A stretch of 39,334 nucleotides of DNA from an uncultured Candidatus Saccharibacteria bacterium. Lineage in GTDB: Bacteria > Patescibacteriota > Minisyncoccia > CAYRSW01. The position numbers and the translations under genes were made by a program. Location of the stretch: assembly GCA_964427335.1 (NCBI GenBank), contig CAYRSW010000001.1, positions 18,101 to 57,434 of the forward strand, written 5' to 3'. Under the pieces are notes generated by a model. It had not been told where the DNA came from. It ran no database searches and saw nothing but the letters and a program-made list of their open reading frames with translations. Below are positions 34,301 through 39,334 of the stretch, one piece after another (within the stretch, counting starts at the first letter, position 1; each line of letters begins with the position of its first letter).

Positions 34301-35195
34301 CGCCTTCACCGCCGGTACCGCTGCCAGAACCAGTATCTCCTTCTCCCCATCCGCTTCCACCACTTCCACCCTCTCCTCCTTCTCCACCTTCTCCGGCTCC
34401 ACCACCCTCTACTTCAGTTGATGGATAATAAGTGATAGTGCCGCTTAATTCAATCTCATCTCCCTTTTTAAGAGTAAAAGTTACTCCGGCGTGCCAACTC
34501 TCTCCAACGCACCCTTCTTCTATAATATTTCCAAGTTCATCATAAATCTTATATGGCGTACAATGAGCTGTGACAGAGGCGATTACCCCTTTTGTCATAA
34601 TAGAGCCGCTTGTATTACTAGTACTCTTAGCTATATATCCATCTTCATCAAAATCTTCATCGGGGCCGTGAGAAAGGTCGCCGAAATAGAACATTTCCCA
34701 ATCGTCATCCATTCCGTCTCTATCAGAGTCACGAGTGGTAGTTCTTGTTACCACCATACTATCAGCATGGTATTTCCATTCAGGTGAGCCGAAATTGGCA
34801 TCAGCATAATCCATAATATAGAAAATTCCATAATCGTTTTTAAGTCCCGGTACTGCTGGGAGGGCTGGGTCTAGCTTAGAGACATCGGGAACAAAGAAAA
34901 GTTCATCACCGGCCATAAGCGGCTGGATGCTGGTGTTATTTATAAACCACATATAATAGAGGTCATCTGTTTTGCCGGTATAGTATAAAGCAGTAGCAAA
35001 CACGCTTACCTCATCGCCTCTTTTTGGTTCGGTAGGGACAGTTTTGAAATCCACTCGCGGCCAAGGATTCTGCCTAAGGTTTTCTATTTTTCCTTCTCTT
35101 ATCCCCTTTTTGTAATAATGGCTAAAATCACAGCCGCTGAAGAGGGTGATAGCCAGGATGATAAGGATTAGGAATGTGAGTTTTCTGGTTGACAT
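31386..35195 (-). CDS. 1269-aa multidomain surface lipoprotein (Ca-binding TSP3-like motifs, Gly-rich linker, TIM-barrel glycosidase-like region, Ig/PKD-like repeats, knottin-spaced Cys motif, C-terminal TM anchor)
   Basis: Lipobox-like LFSGC. DSDRDGMDDDWE and GDTDEDGYRDEQD. GGX tract at aa 261-312. WGFNV...FNTV...WYFLDEPD (clan GH-A-like). Recurrent Y-x-W-x-hydrophobic Ig-like signatures. PCKVVGENCSTNEDCCSGNCEDGVCKE. Two terminal hydrophobic helices. Confidence 0.6.
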   Translation of the reverse strand: MSTRKLTFLILIILAITLFSGCDFSHYYKKGIREGKIENLRQNPWPRVDFKTVPTEPKRGDEVSVFATALYYTGKTDDLYYMWFINNTSIQPLMAGDELFFVPDVSKLDPALPAVPGLKNDYGIFYIMDYADANFGSPEWKYHADSMVVTRTTTRDSDRDGMDDDWEMFYFGDLSHGPDEDFDEDGYIAKSTSNTSGSIMTKGVIASVTAHCTPYKIYDELGNIIEEGCVGESWHAGVTFTLKKGDEIELSGTITYYPSTEVEGGGAGEGGEGGEGGSGGSGWGEGDTGSGSGTGGEGGTGGEGGEGGRGGQAEVTFPAEIMDFPEKGTSDGAIYVLYNPDPTDVDSGPRVINGPGAYTAEYDGTYSLKVRVYAHKDIAIYGEVSKFSYQGSASSSGGAFTWDGVKLAYAWGFNVDDILAAGFNTVGCYVTPTEALLDECLAKGLWVIPDLHAYFYDKDHIDLSGAINFVNRWKNHPAVAAWYFLDEPDIKGSAFSGAKQQEWYNAIKAADPNHDLFTVFSAHIEDEANWNPNAFDHAGFDAYPYHRDTPNWEPRLRNSCNVCGDRSGGIGGTAIVQAFYNGGQLNPTGIVDDMLQVWQEYGIGTQKDGYGMYAWNGYGCAPEDAGLLAHITEVNRSYDWPHAPPESAPSTYTEQPSQLPSSPRNIAPDAYNPVTDTYYKSGDGIMTNYEEYVFGSSPIKGDTDEDGYRDEQDIIGLGQSKITFTVPEDLPQDVKYYRLDTLALGISQKKQIVNCPDKTYIALSGEELTDVKSADCPAEWGPLENLADGDQMDEWPACWIGSGTYEERENATDTDADVCRAKEKSVHVEICKTIYQYFKLYIESEEVKELEVKLSTEGLYPSVGEPVEIFATPYFSQLDYNHLFYNWVLTYKDTTTGDFIGIADQATGLEPPGGSGPLEGRRTFKFTPAVSGTFRVEVFAAERVEDYKKRKASGKLIIEAGSKIELQFNHGTQPPNLLSGDIFTVTAQPTFECTKENVDNPASYCAYVWYLDGQRQKNVPGSPQEFRLVVDKPAGSKYKLKVTGTNIDGTETATKEVELFVYAPDVKIIPIPDTRRPTTPLVIADVRTEDMITLQASPGPINSTFANGSLSYSWAIDGAKVPSEDLATLGISAGLSADRKFLTLLVAKERGSRYTVGLAAAAIGDDKNPAGRKATDEIILEVVETPCKVVGENCSTNEDCCSGNCEDGVCKEMTLGFFGSMFAAVGFFIPESFKLALKIGLAGLGILALMAVVFSLTRPWSYPGRRKKQ

Positions 35196-35234
35196 ACGAA
35201 TTTTAATGCGAATTTAATGCGGATTATGCGAATT
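35196..35234. repeat. four direct RCGRAT repeats at 9-13 nt spacing between the 124-aa gene stop and the lipoprotein start codon
   Basis: ACGAAT (35196), GCGAAT (35209), GCGGAT (35220), GCGAAT (35229), embedded in TTAATGCGAAT / TTAATGCGGAT / TATGCGAAT. Confidence 0.7.
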
Positions 35235-35236
35235 GT

Positions 35237-35611
35237 TTACTTGAAGAGTAATTGTAGGCCCTTCCAAATTGCCCAAGGACCCTGGGCGAGAGCAGCAAAT
35301 ATTGACTCTTTTGCTTCTGGGACAAGACTAGCTACTCCGATTAACACAACTATAACTATTATAACAAGACATCCCCAAAAACCAATAAAGCCAACTACTG
35401 CCCCACCAATAGTTACAACTATCCATTTAGTGGTAGCCATAAGAGCTTTAAGGAAAACTTTTTTAAAAGCTTTTAAGGCAAGTTCTTTTGCTTTTTCAGC
35501 TGCCTTTTCAGCTATTCTTGCTCTTGCCTCTTCTGCTAATGTGGCGAGCCGAGACTGCCTTCTTTCTTCTTCTAATTTTTCATACTCTTCATACTTTTCT
35601 TCCTCATCCAT
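35237..35611 (-). CDS. small membrane protein: acidic/coiled-coil N-terminus plus two TM helices, function unknown
   Basis: 124-aa ORF in the operon frame, 4 nt after the virB4-like stop. WIVVTIGGAVVGFIGFWGCLVIIVIVVLIGV. The overlapping plus-strand ORF 35217-35633 is judged spurious. Confidence 0.5.
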   Translation of the reverse strand: MDEEEKYEEYEKLEEERRQSRLATLAEEARARIAEKAAEKAKELALKAFKKVFLKALMATTKWIVVTIGGAVVGFIGFWGCLVIIVIVVLIGVASLVPEAKESIFAALAQGPWAIWKGLQLLFK

Positions 35612-35615
35612 GTTT

Positions 35616-37418
35616 TTATCCTTCCCTCGCTAATTCCTCCTTTGCTCTTTCTATCTCCAGAAGTTGGGCTGGGTCAGTGGTAATTACCTGGTCTTCAGAA
35701 TAGGAAGCGACCACTTTAATAGCCGCTCGTTTGAGTCCGGCGAAAAATATTCCCTCGCCAATATTTGACTCAAGCAGCAAATATTTTTCTTCATCAGAAA
35801 GATAAAACGTTTGAGCCACCAAATCTACAGAGGCCGGAGACTGTTTCATTAAAACTTGCAAAGAAGAATTGGTAATAATTGGTTTTCCATAACGACTTTC
35901 AAGAAAATCGGAAACATCTTGAGTAATAGTTGTTACCCCCAGGTAATATTTTCTTGCTCTTTTGGCAATGCCAAAGAGAAAAGAAGCCGACTCTTCATTT
36001 CTCATCATCCACCAAGCTTCGTCAATAACAAGGATTCGTTTTTTAAGCTCCCTCCTGACAACATTCCAGATGTAATGAAGAATTACATACATAGCCATAG
36101 GTCTTAGCACTTCTTCCATATCTCTAATACTGAAGACCACTAACTTTTCTTTAATGCTGACATTGGTTGGCATATTAGCAAATCCTGCAAAAGTACCGGT
36201 AGTATATTTTTTGAGTCGTTCTATTAGAGATTCCGCGCCTTTCATTCCTTTTAATACTTTTTCAAGGTCGGACATAGTCGGAGGAGTTGCTTTAGAGAAG
36301 TCACTCTCCCCAGTTATATCTTTTAGGGCATAAGTTTGATACAATGCCTCGTCGATTAAGGACTCTTCTTTGGGTGAAAGCCCGCCAAGCATTAATTTTA
36401 AAAGCCCGGTCAATTCTATGATATTAGCCCTCAAAATATCAGCAGGGGATTCTTCTTCAGAAGCTTGGGGAAGGTCAAATGGATTAAGATGTGCCCGAGA
36501 TGTAAGCGATATGGGGATAAAACTTCCTCCGGCAACTTCAGCCACGTACTTATATTCATTTTCCGGGTCAATAACAATAATTTCAGTATCAAGCATTAAG
36601 CTTCTCAAAATTTCTAACTTAATGGCGTATGATTTTCCGCTTCCGGCTTTCCCGAACAAAGCCATGTTCGCATTTTCCATGGAAAATCGGTCAAAGAGGA
36701 TAAGGGAGTTATTGTGACGGTTTATTCCATAAAGAACTCCTTGGTCGGAAGTGAGGTCTGAAGAAACAAAAGGAAAAGTAGTAGAAAGAGAACCGGTGCT
36801 CATATTATTAGAAATTGCCAGCTTATCTAAGCCAAGCGGCAAGGTGGAGACAAACCCAGGTTTTGTTTGAAAGATTGCCTCCTTTGTGTAAATGAGTCCT
36901 CCGGAAAGTATGGATATTACTTGAGAGCTGGTTTTATTAAGCTCTTTTAAAGAATCAGCGTAAACGGTTATATAAAGAGAGTACCTGAAGAATCTTTCAG
37001 TGCCCTGCTGGAGCATATCTCTTAAAGATTCGGCATCTTCGTAGGCAGTTTCAAGCATTGGGTCTCGAACCATTCCTTTTTCTCGATTCATAATAATCTG
37101 TGATTCAATCTGCGCTACCTTCTTTTTGAGATTTTTTAAAATTATGTGAGTTTCCGCCGGATGGATGAACATAGCAATGTCCATACCGGCGTCCAAATTA
37201 ATAACCGGAGAAAACCAGGTAGTTTGGAGATAGCGAGGGTAAGTATAGATAAAGAGAGTTCTTAAAAATTTTGAGCCAATCCTTATGTAATTAGCATTAA
37301 CCTTTAAGGCAGAAGGAGCGAGGATATCCTTAAGAGTTGCTACTCCTTTATAGTAGATTTTCTCTGCCTCTAAAAGTTTAGCTTCCTCTTTGGTTCTTTT
37401 GATTTTGAGTTTAATCAT
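35616..37418 (-). CDS. virB4: VirB4/TraE-type type IV secretion ATPase
   Basis: Walker A LFGKAGSGKSY, Walker B ILVIDEAWWMM, RKYYLGVTTITQ. N-terminal DILAPSAL...YIRIG...RTLFIYTYPRYL typical of Gram-positive VirB4 homologues. Confidence 0.85.
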   Translation of the reverse strand: MIKLKIKRTKEEAKLLEAEKIYYKGVATLKDILAPSALKVNANYIRIGSKFLRTLFIYTYPRYLQTTWFSPVINLDAGMDIAMFIHPAETHIILKNLKKKVAQIESQIIMNREKGMVRDPMLETAYEDAESLRDMLQQGTERFFRYSLYITVYADSLKELNKTSSQVISILSGGLIYTKEAIFQTKPGFVSTLPLGLDKLAISNNMSTGSLSTTFPFVSSDLTSDQGVLYGINRHNNSLILFDRFSMENANMALFGKAGSGKSYAIKLEILRSLMLDTEIIVIDPENEYKYVAEVAGGSFIPISLTSRAHLNPFDLPQASEEESPADILRANIIELTGLLKLMLGGLSPKEESLIDEALYQTYALKDITGESDFSKATPPTMSDLEKVLKGMKGAESLIERLKKYTTGTFAGFANMPTNVSIKEKLVVFSIRDMEEVLRPMAMYVILHYIWNVVRRELKKRILVIDEAWWMMRNEESASFLFGIAKRARKYYLGVTTITQDVSDFLESRYGKPIITNSSLQVLMKQSPASVDLVAQTFYLSDEEKYLLLESNIGEGIFFAGLKRAAIKVVASYSEDQVITTDPAQLLEIERAKEELAREG

Positions 37419-37422
37419 AGGC

Positions 37423-38076
37423 CTATTCCTCTATTTCCAATTGGCTTATTTCTGCCATTCCTTTTTCGTGCGGTAGCCCTGGATTATAAAGAGTGTAAAA
37501 AAGTTCGATTAGCTCTTGGGTATTAAGTGGTGCCATCCTAACACCCACTCCTTCTAAGTTCGTTACTACGTGCTCTACTCTCTGGAGAAGTTGGTCCTTG
37601 TATTTGGCAAATCTTTCCTTTTTGAGTTTTGCTACCTTTATTGAGCCTAAAAAAACCTTTAATTTTTCTGGGAGCCCTTCTCTTTTTGCCTCTATAGGCG
37701 CAAAAGGTACCACTACATAAAAAGTCTTTTTCATAATATTCGCCATCTCAACTAGTCCCCGGATAAACTCTCTATATTCGGCTGTTTGAATTTTAAGGAG
37801 TTCATTAGTTTGGCTTTTTTCTCTTTCTTCTAAAGTTTCCAGATACGGGGTGATGTTGAGCCGACGGGAATTAATTACTATTTGGACGGGAAAATCTAGC
37901 GAATTTAGGAAGGACTGGTAATGATAAATAATTGCTTCTTGCTCTTTAGTAGATTTCAGAGCAAAGTTTATTGCCGAAGTCATAAGGATTATTCTAAGCG
38001 TACCGTCTTTGAGAACAACGGTTCCTTCCTTTATTTCTTCAATGTCCAAAAATTGTTGAGTAGAACCAGGTTTCAT
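37423..38076 (-). CDS. soluble T4SS-associated protein; N-terminus resembles the N-terminal region of some VirB4-family ATPases (tentative)
   Basis: FLDIEEIKEGTVVLKDGTLRIILMTSAINFALKSTKEQEAIIYHYQSFLNSLDFPVQIVINS. ATG 38076 (MKPGSTQQ) gives an ATGA overlap with the PrgI-like stop. Confidence 0.4.
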   Translation of the reverse strand: MKPGSTQQFLDIEEIKEGTVVLKDGTLRIILMTSAINFALKSTKEQEAIIYHYQSFLNSLDFPVQIVINSRRLNITPYLETLEEREKSQTNELLKIQTAEYREFIRGLVEMANIMKKTFYVVVPFAPIEAKREGLPEKLKVFLGSIKVAKLKKERFAKYKDQLLQRVEHVVTNLEGVGVRMAPLNTQELIELFYTLYNPGLPHEKGMAEISQLEIEE

Positions 38077-38477
38077 AGTTGTTTCTTTCCCCCCGTATCC
38101 AATGTCCATGCTAAATCCTTTAATCTACTTTGACTTACAATCTTCAAGGGCTCTTTAGAGGGAGAAGGTTTTGCCCCCTTTTTAATTTTTGGCGCTTGGG
38201 AAGTCCTTTTAAAAAGATAGAACTTTGGTTGAACAAAAAACTGTGATATGGAGGAAAAATATGCAGAAAAAGACCTACCATAGGGTTTGTAAAAGGCAAA
38301 AGCAGCGCAGATTATAAGTATCGGCAGGCCCAAAAGAAAGGCAAGGGCGACGGAAACGAGATAGGCAAGAAAGATAAATATACCTATTCCAGCAGCCAAA
38401 AAGGCAAACTGCTTTAAGGTTAAAGGTCCGATAATCTTATCTTCTACCTCAATGAATTTTGGAACAGTATATTGCAT
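38073..38477 (-). CDS. PrgI-family (VirB3-like) T4SS membrane protein
   Basis: MQYTVPKFIEVEDKIIGPLTLKQFAFLAAGIGIFIFLAYL followed by a second TM. Start placed at the internal ATG 38477 because the upstream part of the track ORF is a structured GC-rich repeat region. Confidence 0.65.
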   Translation of the reverse strand: MQYTVPKFIEVEDKIIGPLTLKQFAFLAAGIGIFIFLAYLVSVALAFLLGLPILIICAAFAFYKPYGRSFSAYFSSISQFFVQPKFYLFKRTSQAPKIKKGAKPSPSKEPLKIVSQSRLKDLAWTLDTGGKKQL

Positions 38478-38487
38478 GTTTATAGAA

Positions 38488-38566
38488 GCGGAAAGACGCG
38501 GATAGTTCACCCGCCTAAATTTTTGTGAAGCAAAAACTTTGGCGGGCAAGCGCGGAAAGACGCGGA
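38488..38566. repeat. GC-rich intergenic element: 15-nt direct repeats flanking a 16-bp hairpin
   Basis: GCGGAAAGACGCGGA at 38488-38502 and 38552-38566. Hairpin CCCGCCTAAATTTTTG (38510-38525) / CAAAAACTTTGGCGGG (38531-38546), 14 of 16 paired. Confidence 0.8.
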
Positions 38567-38568
38567 AA

Positions 38569-39102
38569 CTATTCGCCTTTCAGATCCACTACATTTCCCT
38601 TTATTCTCGGTTTTACCTCCTCTGGCTTTGACGGTATTTCTGGCTTACTCGGGACTTCTGGGGGACGAATTGGAGATGGTTCGGCTTCGCCTGTCCTGAG
38701 CGGAGCCGAAGGGCTCACCATAGATGGTTCAGCTTTTTCTTTATGGATCTCTTTAAGTTCTTCGGAAATTTCGGCAAAGATTTGCTCATTAATATCTCGG
38801 GCAATAGCTTGAGCAATATCGGGAGCTACTCCTAATTTTTCTTCCAAGATTTCAGAAAATCCTTTTAGAGGGGTAATGCCTAAAAGCACTGTTCCGGTGA
38901 TATAAGAGCCAATCCAGAGTTGTTCGTGAGAGAGCTTATGATGCTTAAGTATAATTTCTCGGATTCTCTCTGCTGTTTTTGTGGCAAATAAAATATCTTG
39001 CACTTTCTGGGGCAATTGATAATAAAGAGTATATTTCCGTTTTATTTCGGGGTCGGAAATTCTTTTAAGAATTCTTATTTGGTCAGGCGTAAGTTTAGGC
39101 AT
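38569..39102 (-). CDS. hypothetical protein: helical N-domain plus Pro/Glu-rich C-terminal tail
   Basis: 177-aa ORF in the operon, 2 nt after the upstream gene. Tail PSAPLRTGEAEPSPIRPPEVPSKPEIPSKPEEVKP. Confidence 0.55.
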   Translation of the reverse strand: MPKLTPDQIRILKRISDPEIKRKYTLYYQLPQKVQDILFATKTAERIREIILKHHKLSHEQLWIGSYITGTVLLGITPLKGFSEILEEKLGVAPDIAQAIARDINEQIFAEISEELKEIHKEKAEPSMVSPSAPLRTGEAEPSPIRPPEVPSKPEIPSKPEEVKPRIKGNVVDLKGE

Positions 39103-39104
39103 AA

Positions 39105-39334
39105 TTAAGTTTCCTTTTCTTCTGTTGCTTTTTTAAATTCGGTTTCGGTGCCGGGGACGATTTTCTTTTCAGTCGGTCTTTCTTCAGTTCTAGTTCTTTT
39201 TGCTCTCTTTTTTCTCAATATTTCCTCTAATTCTTCCTTAGTGCCATAAACAGATTTAGCTGCATCGGACTCAAGCCACATTTGGACTTGGGGAGAGAAT
39301 TCTTTTTTATGAGGGACAACCACTTCATTTTTAA
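39105..39334 (-). CDS. hypothetical charged protein, possibly 5'-truncated by the window edge
   Basis: The track start at 39323 is a GTG, and the frame stays open to the window end. Confidence 0.35.
   Translation of the reverse strand, partial: KNEVVVPHKKEFSPQVQMWLESDAAKSVYGTKEELEEILRKKRAKRTRTEERPTEKKIVPGTETEFKKATEEKET

Noticed and set aside
34260-34415. Gly-rich repeat as a collagen-like triple-helix region or a CRISPR-like array
   Set aside because: The periodicity is GGX, not GXY. The repeats are short, in frame and lie inside a long ORF, and there is no spacer/repeat organisation.
35217-35633. 138-aa plus-strand ORF. Similar antisense ORFs occur inside larger genes, e.g. 30480-30965, 34071-34421, 34196-34435, 34491-34787, 31510-31863, 13905-14255, 8091-8411, 26750-27103 and 4029-4346.
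   Set aside because: Each lies opposite a longer ORF with clear family motifs. They have low-complexity or Ser/Leu/Phe-rich composition typical of shadow frames, and none has recognisable motifs or a sensible operon context.
1-39334. Alternative genetic code (UGA recoding as in some candidate phyla)
   Set aside because: All conserved genes are intact under the standard code. TGA serves as the stop in ATGA overlaps at 17848-17851, 20354-20357, 31386-31389 and 38073-38076.
27900-39334. Integrative/conjugative element or prophage carrying the T4SS-like genes
   Set aside because: No integrase, transposase, relaxase, tRNA attachment site or flanking direct repeats are visible in the window. Base composition looks similar to the housekeeping part. 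This cannot be excluded, because the operon continues beyond the window edge.

Overview
AT-rich, very gene-dense bacterial chromosomal window read with the standard code (TGA is a stop in several ATGA start/stop overlaps). The small streamlined proteins and gene content suggest a Patescibacteria/CPR-like organism; this is inference only. Three blocks. (1) 1-18.3 kb is housekeeping around the replication origin: tsaE, a DHH phosphoesterase, pilB, ruvB, PBP1A, two Wzy_C (O-antigen-ligase-like) proteins plus a flippase, then jag-yidC-yidD-rnpA-rpmH on the minus strand diverging from dnaA-dnaN-yebC-ruvC on the plus strand. rpmH was found by hand and is absent from the ORF track. (2) 18.3-25.0 kb is a tight operon: a 7TM protein, five consecutive ATP-grasp ligases (the first fused to a retropepsin-like peptidase, the third apparently circularly permuted) and a GNAT. 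I consider this the best candidate for an uncharacterised amide/peptide-ligation system. It is followed by a ROK kinase carrying two GC-rich palindromic in-frame segments, then DJ-1/PfpI and tyrS. (3) 27.9-39.3 kb holds a PaaX-like regulator flanked by three copies of a 37-nt element. A long minus-strand operon then encodes a minimal Gram-positive-type T4SS-like apparatus (PrgI/VirB3-like, VirB4) together with a VirB2-like pilin fused to an 18-cysteine domain, a 1269-aa lipoprotein with Ca-binding, Gly-rich, TIM-barrel-like, Ig-like and knottin-spaced modules, and a beta-propeller protein. No rRNA, tRNA, CRISPR array, transposase or integrase was recognised. All family assignments come from motifs read by eye and need HMM or structure confirmation.
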